DNA from: Camelus ferus
Lineage: Eukaryota
Length of the DNA: 64,000 nt
Assembly: GCF_009834535.1 (NCBI RefSeq)
Contig: NC_045696.1
Coordinates: 31,560,001-31,624,000 of the forward strand
Direction of reading: 5' to 3'
The notes below the pieces were generated by a model that worked only from the letters and a program-made list of their open reading frames with translations, was not told the origin of the DNA and made no database searches. Of the stretch, positions 23,471 to 35,491 are shown one piece after another; the stretch's first letter is position 1, and each line of letters opens with the position of its first letter. Made by a program: the position numbers and the translations under genes.

Positions 23471-26411
23471 CATGATGGTTAATATCTTCCAGGCATGTAG
23501 TTGTGTGGGGCATGCTGAGATAGCTCTTCTGAGGTGAAGGATAAGTTGTGCATCTGGCCCCTTCTACAACCTAGACAGATTTGGTTACAGAAGCAACCTA
23601 TTCCTTAGTTGGATGTGTAACTGGCTCATTTATTGAGTGATCTGAAAAGCTGATATTTTGAGTGAGGCCCTGTCTTAGTCATTTCAGGTTGCTGTAACAA
23701 AATAGAATAAACCATGTGGCTTATAAACAACAAAAATTCATCATCTGCTGTGCAAGCTGCTCTGTCACTTGAGCCCATGATCTAAAAGGTCCAGTGGTGC
23801 TTAAAGGATCAGTGACAGATAAGGATGATATCTGGAACCTTTGGCAGATGCCTACAGGTAAATTATAATATAGGACTTTATGATTTGGGAGCAAGGCCCT
23901 GCTGTCATCCACAGATAAGTGGTTTCCTTTTGAGAAACATTTCTTGGCCTGCTATTGAGTCTTAGACTGAAAGCTTAACCAAGGGATACCAAGTTACCAT
24001 GTAACCTGAACTGCCTATCATGAACTGGGTGTTATCTAACCTACCAAGCCACAAAGTTGGGCATGCATTGCCATGTTTTATCATCAAGTGGAAGTGACAA
24101 ATAGGTGAACGAGCCCAGGCAAACCGTTGAAGTCATAAGTAAGTTACATGTACAGCTGGTCCAAATACCCATGGTCTCCATCCATGCTACATTGTCTTTT
24201 CTCTCTCAGTTTGTACCTATAGCTTCATGGAGTATTCCCTATAATCAGTTGACCGAGGAAGAGAAGACATGGACTTTGTTACAGATGTTTCTGCCTGGTA
24301 TGTAGACACCAACCAAAAGTGCAGAGCTGCAGCACTGCAGCCTCTCTCTGGGTCATCCTGAAGGATAGTGGGTGAAAGCAAATCTTCCCAGGAGGCAGAA
24401 TTTTGAACAATGTACTTGGTTGTTTGCTTGGAAGGAGAAATGGCCATATGTGTGATTATATACTGATTCATGGGCTGTCAATAGTTTTGCTGGATGGTCA
24501 GGCACTTAGAAGGAACTTAACTGGAAAATTGATGACAAAGAAACCTGAGGAAGAGGTATGTGGACAGACCTTTCTGAATGGGCAAAAAATGTGAAGCTAT
24601 TTGTGCTCATGTGAATGTTCACCTTAGAGGAGAATGTTAATAATCAGGTGGATAGGATGACCAGTTCTGTGGTTATAAGTCAAGTCATTCTCTTTCCCCA
24701 GCCACCTCTGTCATTACCCCATGGACTCATGAACAAAGCGACCATGGTGTCAGGGATGAAGATTATGTATGGGCTCAGGCACACAGATTTTTACTCACCA
24801 TGGCCAACCTAGCTAATAATAATAGTAATGAATAGCTCATAGTCACTGAGGTTTTAGTTTGTGACAGGTACTGCTCTAAGATCCTAACAGTTTCACTGCT
24901 GAGTTCCCAATCTCTCCACAACAAGAGACCCACACTGAGTCCCCAGCTGGCACAATTCCCAAAAGTGATCAATCAGCTAGCCTATAGCTGGTTGCTTACA
25001 TGTAACCATTTCCATCCGTTGTGCAAAAGTGTATTGTTCTTATTAGGCACTTACTTTGGATTCAGTTTCCTTCCCTGAACACAATGCTTCCATCAAAACT
25101 ACCATCTGTGAACATACAGAATACCTTATTCACCATCATGGCATTTCACACAACATTGCTTCTGATCAAGAAACTCACTTCACAGCAAAACAAGTGTGGC
25201 AATGGCCCCTGCTCATGGAATTCACTGGTCTTAACATGCTCTTCCCATCCTGAAACAGCTGGCTTGATAGAAGGATGAAATGGGTTTTAGAGACTCAGGT
25301 ATAGCTCCAGCTAGGTGGGAAACCTTACAGGGCTGGGGTAAAGTTTTCTAGAAAGCTTGTATGTGTTCCGAATCAGCTCCGATACATGGTGCTATTTCTT
25401 CAATAGCCAGGATTCACAAGTACAGAATTCTAAGGGTGGAAATGGGAGTGGCATCATTCACTATTACTCCTAGTGACTCACAAATTTTTGCTTCCTGTCC
25501 CCATAACTTTATGCTTTGCTGGCCTAGAGGTCTTAGTTCCAGAGGGGGAAATGCTTCCATCATAAGACACAACAATGATCCATTAAACCTGGAATTTAAG
25601 ACTGCCACTCATTCACTTTAGTCTCCGCACATTCTGAATCAGCAGGCAAAGAAGAGAGTTAATGGCATTGACCTGGAGTGATTGATCCTGATTACTGTGG
25701 GGAGATTACTGCTACTTCATAATGGAGGTAAGAAGGACTATGTCTGGAATACAGGTGGTCCCTCAGTATTATCATGTCCCATTATTAAGGTGAATTTAAA
25801 CCTAAAACAATCCAATCCAGGCAGAATAGCAATGGCCCAGACCCTTCAGGAATGAAAGTTTGGGTCACGTCCTCCTGCCAGGGTAAAGAACTATGGCCAG
25901 CTGAGGTGCTTCTGTTTTCTGGAATATAGAAAGACTAGTGGAAGAAAGTGGTAATAAATAACTGCTACAACCACATGACATATGACCCATTACAGAAATG
26001 AGGATTGTAATTGTCACGAATATTTTCTTCTTATTCTGCCATGAATATGTTTGTGTGTGTGTGCATAAATGCACATATATAATACATATATAAACATAAA
26101 TATGTATATCTTTATTTTCTTTCTTATTTTATTCTCTTATCACCTAACATAAAGCATATTGATTTTTCATCATAATATTTAAGTATTGTTAATTTTACAT
26201 CATAGTATTTAAATTATGGGATATAAGAAGAGGTATAAATACTACTCAAGAAATTTACCTCCTCTTCTGGGTAAGAGGTTAGTGTGCTTTTGATTTTAAG
26301 GAGGAGAACTGTATTATGTTAGGAAGAATCATGGCTTTGCTATTCTCTTTATCTGCAGATTAAGTATGGTTTAAGTAGATGCATATGATTGTAAATTGAC
26401 AAGGAATAGAC
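23471..26411 (+). mobile_element. ERV-L internal region relic (3' RT, RNase H, integrase, dUTPase), 5'-deleted
   Basis: GGTGAAGGATAAGTTG..CATCTGGCCCC (ERV-L pol). ORF 25056..25253 LIHHHGISHNIASDQETHFTAKQVWQW is the integrase core. A dUTPase-like block lies at about 25540-25760. A polypurine-tract-like AAGGAATAGAC precedes the LTR. Many stops. Confidence 0.9.
23671..23744 (-). mobile_element. MaLR LTR terminal stub (MLT1A/MST-like) inside ERV-L pol
   Basis: TGTCTTAGTCATTTCAGGTTGCTGTAACAAAATA...TGGCTTATAAACAACAAAAATT is the MLT1A terminus. ERV-L sequence resumes at CTGCTGTGCAAGCTGCTCTG. Confidence 0.75.
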
Positions 26412-26909
26412 TATGATGGTTAATTTTATGTGTCAACTTGACTGGTCACAGGGTGCCCAGAAAACATTATTTCTGGTTGTGCCTGTTATCATGCTCCCAG
26501 ATGAGATTTAGCATTTGAGTTGGTAGACTCAGTAAAGTAGATTGCCCTTTTCAAAGTGGGTAAGCATTAACTGACCCACTAAGGATGTGAATAAAATATA
26601 GGCAGAAAAAGGAGGAATTTGCTCCTTTTTACTTTCTGCCTGCCAACATTAGATGGGACATCTCAACTCATCTTCTCTAGTCCTCAGACTGAGATTTAAA
26701 CCATCAACTTTCCTGGTTCTCAGGACTTTTAACTCAGACTGAATTATACCACCAGCTTTCTTGGGTCTTCAGCTTGTAGACAGCAGGTCATAGGAGTTAG
26801 CTTCTATAATCATATACTCTAATTCCTCATAATAATTTTTAATATATATCCTACTGATTTTATTCATATCCTGTTGGTTCTGTTTATCTGCAGAATCCTA
26901 CCTAATACA
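26412..26909 (+). mobile_element. MLT2-family LTR (3' LTR of the ERV-L)
   Basis: Starts TATGATGGTTAATTTTATGTGTCAACTTGACTGG and ends TTGGTTCTGTTTATCTGCAGAATCCTACCTAATACA. Confidence 0.9.
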
Positions 26910-27150
26910 GGTTGCTATTAGGGACAACTTATATGAATAGATCTGAGTGTTTTAAGCATATCACTGCTGCCTGACTCAGTGCTCCACTAATAGGGTTATG
27001 GCTTACTACCCACCCACTGCAAATCAGGGTTGTATTTGCCCATATCTGAAATTATAACTGGTGCTAGAAATTTAACTTTCTAAAATTGGAAATCTTCACT
27101 GATCCTTGGTTTTAGTGAAATCGGAGTACAATATAGAACCTGGATTCCTA

Positions 27151-27208
27151 TATCTAAACTGATATCTAAATCTGATATCTAAACTATCACTGATATCTAA
27201 ACTATCAA
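27151..27208. repeat. Short tandem array of (GA)TATCTAAA units, 4 copies
   Basis: TATCTAAACTGATATCTAAATCTGATATCTAAACTATCACTGATATCTAAACTATCA is read directly from the sequence. Confidence 0.8.
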
Positions 27209-27385
27209 TGTGAAGTTGATAGTTAAGGAGAATAGGAAGGATTTTGTAATAAAATTGTATATATGAATAGAAGGAGGCTGGAAGGAATTTAATTAAAACA
27301 ATCTACTAGAATCCTTGAATAAGAGTCTTAGACCCTAAAAACAGAAGCATCATATTTAATGAAAATGAACCTTAAAAATTGGATC

Positions 27386-27822
27386 AAATATAAAGAAAAT
27401 GTGGTATATATATACAATGGAATAGTATGTAGCCACAAAAGGGAGGAAGTCTTGTCACATGCTATAACATGGATGAGCTTTAAGGACACTATGCTAAGTA
27501 AACCAAATCAATCACAAAAGCACACACACCGTATGATTCCACTCCTATTAACTATCTAAAATAATAAAAATCATAGAAAAAAAGAAAAAAAATACAAAGT
27601 AGAAAGGTGTCAAAGCCTTGGGGAAGTGTGAGAGATAAGTATCATTTAGTGAGTGTAGAGTTACAACTTTGTAAGACAAAAAAATTTTAGAGATCTGTTG
27701 CACAGTATTGTGAGTGTACTAAGCATTGTACATTAACATTTAAGTGTACTGATCTGTACACTTAAAAGTGTTCAAGATCATAAATTTAGTGTGTTGATTG
27801 CCAAAATTAAAAATAAAATTTA
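27386..27822 (+). mobile_element. 5'-truncated L1 (L1MA10/L1MB-like) 3' end with TSD
   Basis: AAAGAAAATGTGGTATATATATACAATGGAAT...CTGTACACTTAAAA. 12-bp TSD AAAAATTGGATC (27374-27385 / 27823-27834) at a TT|AAAA endonuclease site. Confidence 0.85.
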
Positions 27823-28250
27823 AAAAATTGGATCTAAAAAGAATAGAAAAATGTTTAACAAAAGAATACTTTTAATATAATCAAAAGTCATACAATCACT
27901 ATAGGGTTGTTGGAACACAACATAGATTTAGTGGTAAAACTGGCACGAAGTTCATTTGTTTCTTTTTTAAATGGCTAGAAAAATGTAATTGATTATCCAA
28001 AATCAGGTTGACATTAAATCACAATATGAAACCTATCATTTAACACTTTATATCACTATCAGTCAAAAAGCCAAGTGTAGCTAATGATATTGAAATTTGG
28101 TTTAATTGTACAATAATCTTAAAAACAGCAAATTCAACTGTCTACAAAAACTTGCAGTTATCCATCTCTAAGAGTTGCATCCAATAAGATCTGATGCCTA
28201 ATATACAGGTTGATTAGAAATTTGCAGCTAATGTAAATCAATGAACCCAC

Positions 28251-28331
28251 TTTTTTTGGAAGTACTAGGGATTGAACACAGGACCTTGTGCATGCTAAGC
28301 ATGTGCTCTACCACTACATTATACTGACCTC
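28251..28331 (-). mobile_element. Vic-1-type camelid SINE (tRNA-Ala-derived), short and diverged
   Basis: Reverse complement contains GTAGTGGTAGAGCACATGCTTAGCATGCACAAGGTCCTGTGTTCAATCCCTAGTACTTCC plus an A tail. Degenerate TSD TCAATGAACCCAC / TCAATTAACTCAT. Confidence 0.85.
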
Positions 28332-28905
28332 TCAATTAACTCATTTTTATAAACCTAAATGTACGTATGTCATAAGATTAAACAATGGGGTTTCTAAGAC
28401 ATCAGCAAATAAATGATCTATGTGGTACATACAGAACTAAAAACAAACAAATAATAAATCACATGAACAAATGATACTTTATAAAATATTTGTTTACCAT
28501 GCCAGCCTAACATTCAATTATATTAAATATATCTTATGAAATATAACTTGACTTGTAACATCAGTCTGTTACTATTTGCTTCACTGCATAAGTATTACAT
28601 GGGAAGATCTGCTTTTAATTCCCCAAATCACTTCTCAATTCAATTACTGTTTATTATCTAGACTTGCCGTAAAAGTACCAATAATATTACCAATGGTACT
28701 ATGGAGAAAAACAAGTTTAAAAACTCTGATAATTATCATCCTTTTTTTCAAGAATGAGTCATGCTGTATTTTAACAACTATTCATTAAACAATTCAGAAA
28801 CAGTCCACAAACTTACACATTAAGTAGTTTAAAACAGATTATAAAGATATGTAAAACATTTCGTATCACAAGTATATGCATAATAGTTCATGATATAATA
28901 CACTG

Positions 28906-29375
28906 CGTTTGCAGTTTCCTAGGGCTTCAAAAAAAAAAACACATAAACTTGGTGGCTAAAAACAATGGAAATGTATTGCCTCAGAGTTCCAGACACAAGA
29001 AGTCTGAATCTAGGTATCAGCAGGGCTGTGTTTTCCTTAATGGCTCCAGGGGAGAATCCTTTCTTGCCTCTTCTAGCTTCCACTCTTGCCAGCAATTCTT
29101 GGCATTCTTTAGCTTGTAGTTGCATCAGTTGAGTCACATGGTTGTCTTCTCCTTTTGTGTCTTCACACTGTCTTCCTTCTGTATCTTTCTGTGTTCAAAC
29201 TCCCCCTTTTTATAAGGGCACCAGTTGTATTGGCATTATGGTCCATCTTTATGACCTCAAATGAACTTGATTACCTTTATAAAGAACTCTATTTCCAAAT
29301 ACAATAACGTTCTGCAGCATTCGGGGTTAGAACTTCAACACCATTTTTGGAGGGGACCCCGATCAACCAATAACA
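28906..29375 (-). mobile_element. MaLR solo LTR (MLT1C-like)
   Basis: AGTTTCCTAGGGC..., GGCTCCAGGGGAGAATCCTTTCTTGCCTCTTCTAGCTTC, CTATTTCCAAATA, ending TCAACCAATAACA. Confidence 0.85.
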
Positions 29376-29646
29376 ATGGTCCACAACTGAAGCACTGGGT
29401 TATATTTAGAGAGTTTTCAACATTAAAATTATTTTTAAAATCTTTTATGGCATATTAAAATAGCTTTATTAAAGAAACTACCTGAGTGCAGCTATAGCCT
29501 ATAATTTGTATGAGTAACAATGAAATAATTTCTATTAGTCATCTAAAATAAAATAAAATTCTTAAAAGCCATATCTTTTGAAACTCTAAATTGAGTCTGT
29601 CAGAAAGACAGGAAAACAAATCATCAATCATTAAATATTGGTTTAG

Positions 29647-30082
29647 TACTTATGGTGAATTGAAACCTTCCAAATTCATATCTACCAGCAATCTCAGAAT
29701 GTGATTTTATTTAGAAATAGTCTTTGGAAATGAAATTAAGTAAGGACCCAGATGAAATCATACTGAATAAGATGGGCCTAAATCCAGTGAAAGTGTCCTT
29801 ATAAGAGATAGAAAAGAACACAGACACATAGAGAAGAGGGCCATGTAAACACTGAGGCAGAAGATGGAGTTATGCTGCTACAAGCCAAGGGACACCAGAG
29901 GTCACCAGAAGCTGGAAGAGGCAAAAAAGCCTCCACCTCTGAAGACTTTGGAGACAGAGTGACCCTGCTAACACCTTGATTTTAGACTTCCATCCTTTAG
30001 AATTGTGAAAGAATTAATTTCTGTTGTTTTAAGCCACAAAGTTTGTGGTAAATTGTTATGGCAGCCCTAGGAATCTACTACA
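29647..30082 (+). mobile_element. MaLR solo LTR (MLT1B/C-like)
   Basis: TTATGGTGAATTG..., CCAGAAGCTGGAAGAGGCAA, ACACCTTGATTTTAGACTTC, ending GTTATGGCAGCCCTAGGAATCTACTACA. Confidence 0.85.
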
Positions 30083-30209
30083 CTTTTTATTACTTAATGC
30101 AGAAATGTATAGAAAGATGAAAAGAAAAAAAGATTTTTTAATCAGGCAGATTAATAACATAATAAGGCAAAATTATTAAGGACATAAATAATGACTAACA
30201 AAACTATTA

Positions 30210-33200
30210 GAAACTTTCTGGGTATTCATGAACATCCATTCTTCAGGCCATTTATTCCTTCACACAGGAGGGGAACCAAACGCACTTTTCATAGCTCTGG
30301 TAACTAACAGTTTCCCTTCAATGCTTTTGTTTAGGGCCTTGCTGGTTTGAGCTGTATTATAGCAGCTGGTTTTATTTTCAATCAACTGCCATCCTAGTGA
30401 GCTGAACCATGTGTGAACTGGGATCAATTCATTTTTCTTCTGTTAACTGATAATAAGTAAACCCTGATGAAGCCACAGGTGTAAAGTGATAGAGAAGTTT
30501 CTGCCAGAGGTATGTGACCAAGTACTCTGGGCCATATTCATGTATTCCACTTGTGCCTCAGCGTCTGCTCAGGCCCAGTCCTGATTGTAACATTCTAACA
30601 TAGGCCAGCTCTATGACTTGATGTACTTAATACCAACTCATGATTAGGGTTTCAGTCACATATACGCTTGGTGAGTGGTCCAGCATTCCATCTCTACTGG
30701 GGCCTACCTGCATACCAGGAGCTGCTTCTCAAATGGTGATTTCCCACCCCACCCAGGAAACAGGACTTTTCTCTAGAATACGAAATATCCACACTGACCA
30801 AGAATCTCTTATGGGAGTAGCTAGGGATGCCAGAATGCCAATTCACTAACATCTCTCGAACCATTAGATCTTCTGAGCAAGCACGTCAGCTTGCACTATG
30901 ACAGTCAAATGCCGAAGTGTCCTCACTTGCTCAAACCCAACTCAAAATTGACAGCATTTTGAGGCACCTAACAAAAAAGCCAGAGCAGTATTTTCAAATA
31001 GTGCGTATCTGTTGCCTTCAGAATCTAAAATGGCTCACCAAGCAGAGTGACTCTTAATGATAGAGAATGTAAAGTATAATATCCTGCCTTTACATTAAAG
31101 CGGAAGTTCCAGGAAACCTCAGATGATGGGATTTTAAATTTTATTAATATGGTTCCTAAATCTGTGTATGTTTATCTCTCACCCCGTGGCACATATATAT
31201 CTTATAGGATATTCAGGACACGTGCTATTTCCTTTCTAAACTGTCAAATTAGCATGATGCCATCAATACAGTGGACTAACGTAACATTCTCTGCAGTATC
31301 AAGATTGAAGTTTCTGCAGGCTGTACTGTGACCGAGAACAGAAGCTGTAATATAGCCTTGGGAAAGTGGGTCCTTGTGTTACACTGACCTTCCACCAAAA
31401 CAGCAAATTATTTTGATGTTCTCTACTAATAAAGATTGAAAAAAAAATGTATTCACCAAATCAGCAGCACCATAGCGAACGCCAGAGGAAATGTTAATCT
31501 CTTGTAAATACGCATCATCTGACATAACCGTTGTTACACTGAGAATCGTTGTCTATTATATTTACGGTAGTTCATCATCATCCACCATTGTCCGTGAGTT
31601 TTGCAAGGGTCAGAGAGTTACTGAATGGCGTTAACATAGAAACCATCATTCCCACATCTTTACAGTCTAATGTGGTACGTTCCTTCCATGATGATATATT
31701 ACTTCTGATTTTCTCTCTTGGCTGGAGAATTAGACAGTTTCAAGAGTTTTTCTTAATATTTCTTAACACAATGATTCTTATTGATGAGTTATCACAATTC
31801 CTTTAACTATCCATACCAATCATGAACTAGGAGCTGCAAAAATGATGATATAGTGTGCTAGTGAACACTTTGGGCTGGCTGCATGACAAATTAGGACAGA
31901 ACTCTATTCAATATCTGGGTTCTTTTCTCTCCTACTCCAAGAGGAGAACTATAGTAGCCTTAAAAGTCCTTTGATAAAGTGTATGCCCTAGAAATGTCTG
32001 GATGTATCTCTTTCCTCAAAGTACAATTTGTCTGTAATTGGCTACAGGTTGATTTACAAACTACCAAGAGAAGATTGTATGTACTTCTGGTAGCATTGTA
32101 CAGTCTTTCTTTAGGAGGATCATGTTCTCAGAGTCAATGGACTATAACCCTACGAACTGACTCAAATCTGAAAAGTGGATGAAAATTTTAATTTTCTACT
32201 CTATTAAGGGCATCAGCCTTCTACTCTTCTAGACATTTTCTAGAAGTTCTAGACATTTGCTGGTAGCACAAGTCAAATAATAAATCTCTTTTAGCCTTCT
32301 GATCCCTTCTCCAATTCACTGTTAAGGCAATTCTGGCATTCCTGTTTTGTTTATCATCATCATACCTATTTTGTTAGCCATCATCCAACATGCAGGCTTT
32401 AACTGGACATCTCAACAGCATATCAGGACTAGCATCTGGTCCATATCAGGAGATAAATCCCTGAGTCACAAAGAATAATCTTGTTCCTATAGTTTATATT
32501 CCCTTGTCCAATACCTCTAAGATCAACTTCAGATATGTTCACTCTGCTTCTTCCGGGGACATACTGGGCAGGTCTTACAATTCTCTGGGTATATATACAA
32601 TGTTCTCCCAGAAATTGAATTGCATTGTCCCTCAGGCTGTGCTGTTATTTGACCTTAGTTATTGGTTGAGTGGCAATGGACAGAAGTAGAAGAGAACCTC
32701 GAAGAGGGCAATCATCAGCTTGTGAGCCTTCACAGAATTTTTAGACAAGGGAGGGGTGTGGGAGGGAAGAGCCTTCTCCTCTTCCAATGAAGTAGGTGCT
32801 GCTTCTATCAGCACAGAGATTCAAAGCAAATTATGGGCTCACGAATCTTAGGTTCATCATTCGAACATCCTGGACTAATCTCAGAGTCTTAATCTTATCC
32901 TATCAGGGAGTTGAATTAAATTTAGACCTAAATGCCAAGCATTCAGTATCCTCTGTAACTCCACAGCCCTTACAATTAATTTCTGGGCCCAATTTTTGGC
33001 CTAGTCAACCTTGTAGGATACAATGTCTCTAAATACTGCCGTGGAAGCTTTTTGGCTTCTATAGTATGCTCTGAATTTTAAGTGCTATAATCTAAATGTG
33101 TCCTTTGCTGTTTTAAAGGCTTTTAAGCCACCAGCAAAAAAACTCATCTAAATTCACAACCTTGTAATTACCACTGCCCCCATTTCTTTCAACGCCCCAC

Positions 33201-33400
33201 TACCTCATAAGCCTATACTTCAACTAAAATCTGCCTCTAAAATCAAGTATTTCTAATTGTGACACTACTACCTTCCAGGGGTTTTCATCTCCCTAATTAC
33301 CACTAGTAATATAATCCTTAATATCACCATGTGACAGATGAGTGATAAAGTTCTACCATACCAAACTCAGTATGAGATTTTGCGTGCCGTATCTGATTTT
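30210..33400 (-). mobile_element. Ancient class III ERV internal relic (ERVL-E / ERV3-16A3-like): gag, protease, RT, part of RNase H; 3'-truncated
   Basis: Minus-strand translation gives RT motifs YGAADLVNTFF (about 31445-31475, cf. AIDLANAFF), PQGY (about 31351-31364) and LVHCIDGIML (about 31250-31280, cf. YIDD). It is contiguous with an LTR16-like LTR. Confidence 0.8.
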
Positions 33401-33404
33401 AAAT

Positions 33405-33885
33405 ACCCTGTGTTTTATTATCCATAGAAAGTAGAACCCGAAACAATAGCTTTTATGAAGGTAGTTTATTTGAGGATGTAACTTCAGAGAAGAGTCATGG
33501 GGATCTAGAAAGAGTATGAAGAGAAAAAAGAAAACTAATCCAAGGGTGCATTATTGAATTAGTCCTTACTGTTGCCAACAGGAACTTATCCTGCTGTGAA
33601 TTGCTGAAGAATCCTGCAAAAGTACACCTGCAAATTATACCACTGAAGCACTAAAGAGAAGAATATTTATCTATTGATTACTGCCCCTGCCCCCCACTGT
33701 TCAGGGGCTGTCCCGTGAGTTGTTAACTTCCGGGTGCTTCCAGGTTTGTGCATGGGAGAGTAAGCATACTACAGGGAGGCAGTTAAGCCCTAAGCAGAAA
33801 GTTAAAGGCTTGAGGTACAGCTGACGAACGGTGTTGTCAAGTTATACAAAGACGGTAACCATGGCAATATCTAGAATAAAATGTA
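33405..33885 (-). mobile_element. LTR16-family LTR (5' LTR of the minus-strand ERV)
   Basis: AAAGTAGAACCCGAAACAA...GGTAGTTTATTTGAGGATG...CAAGGGTGCATTATTGA...ATATTTATCTATTGA resembles LTR16. Confidence 0.7.
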
Positions 33886-33894
33886 GTTCTAGAG

Positions 33895-34061
33895 TATTGG
33901 TTCCTAAACTTTACTGAACATCAGAATCACCAGGAGGGTTTATTGACATACGTATTTCTGGACTCCACCTCCACAGTTTCTGATTTAGAAGGTGTGACAC
34001 AGTCTGAGAATTTGACTTTTTTATAAGTTCCCTAGTGATGCTGATACTCCTAGGACCACTG
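33895..34061. mobile_element. MER5A-like hAT-Charlie MITE
   Basis: TGGTTCCTAAACTT...CATCAGAATCACCAGGAGGG...CAGTTTCTGATT...GTGATGCTGAT...GACCACTG, with a left flank TTCTAGAG typical of MER5 targets. Confidence 0.8.
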
Positions 34062-34139
34062 TCCTTAAGTATGTAAGTGGAAAGTAAGAATTGCCTTATA
34101 TGAAAATACATAATTCATTTAAGCAAGATAATGAACATA

Positions 34140-34905
34140 AAAATAATAAGGTGAAGACTATGGGGATATAGAATATGCACATAATATCAAAATACTATCT
34201 CATAAATTGCATATTAATTGACAATAGACCATATAAAGTTGAGAGACCTGAAGGACACTATTTAGTCAAATGATCCAATTTTGTGTCACTGATGATGGAG
34301 CATGCTGACATTATGTGTTTTCTAGTATGATGAAAGATGACACATTAATCAACCAGGTAGAGTTATTACCAATTGCCCAACTTGAAACTTATAATGAGGA
34401 GGACAACTGAGCTAGATTCTTAAATATATACATACTAGATAAGGAAAAACTGGATGGTACTACTGTAGAAAAAGAACACCAAAGAAACGTAACAATAAAT
34501 TCAATGTATAAGTCTCAATTAAAACTCTGGGGTGGAGATTTTTGTAAACTATTGTGAAAAAACACTATTGGTACAATTAGTCTAATTTAAATAAAGACGC
34601 TATATTAGTTTATATTATTACACCAATGCTAAATTTTGTATATGATAGCTGTATTATGATTTTATAGGAGAAAACCTATTCTAGGAAATGTGTATATAAG
34701 TTGTTACAGGAGAAATGCTATGATACTCTAATTTACTTCTAGATATTCAGCACAAAAGTAATAGAAAATATGTGTAGAAATAGATAAGGCAAGCTACTAA
34801 CACTTATCAAATCCAGGCAAAAGGTATATAAAGGTATATAGGTGGTTGTTATAACACTTCTTCAATTTTCTATAAACATGACATATTTGAAAATAAAATA
34901 AAATG
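34140..34905 (+). mobile_element. L1MC4/5-like 3'UTR relic
   Basis: GAGAGACCTGAAGGACAC...CAAATGATCCAA...CTGACATTATGTG...TATGATG, ending in TTGAAAATAAAA. Confidence 0.65.
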
Positions 34906-35491
34906 AAAAAACACAAGATGTAACATGATGAGCACCATCAAATAAGCCCTGGAAACACTGTGAAAGTATTCACAGGAGTAAGAGAGAACTCTTAGAATGA
35001 GAAATTGGAGGAAGTTTCAACCAGACTGACACATTTTCATTAGCTCCTGAAAAATTATAGAATTCTGACAGGCAGACATGGAAAAGAGAAACACTCTAGA
35101 GAGATAATGATATGATGATATGAGCCAAACACACAAAGATAATGCTCAGTATTGTTATTATTGCTACCAACAATAATAGCTATATCTCATGACTAGCATG
35201 TTCAAGACATTCAATGATTCCAAGAAAATTGAGACAAATCAGCCAGTACCTTGAAATAATTAGTAACAGCTTTGCTAAGCTACATTAGGTGGGAACAATT
35301 TATAAACAGAGGAATAATTTAATAATCATCCAGGTAGACTATGACCAGCCCTCAAAGAAACCCCAAGTATATCACTATATTAAGCTGATTAAGCTAGAAA
35401 TGGTATTGAATGGATCAATTAGTATTATCTCCACACTAACATACCACTTCAAGCACAGAATCTTACCTTTAATTCAGATCAATCTTATAAA

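Noticed and set aside
24105..25621. ORFs in ERV-L pol as a domesticated retroviral gene
   Set aside because: Many stops, frameshifts and insertions, with no fragment longer than about 86 aa.
27151..27208. Short repeat array resembling CRISPR
   Set aside because: Mammalian DNA with units of about 12-18 bp and no unique spacers. It is a simple tandem duplication.
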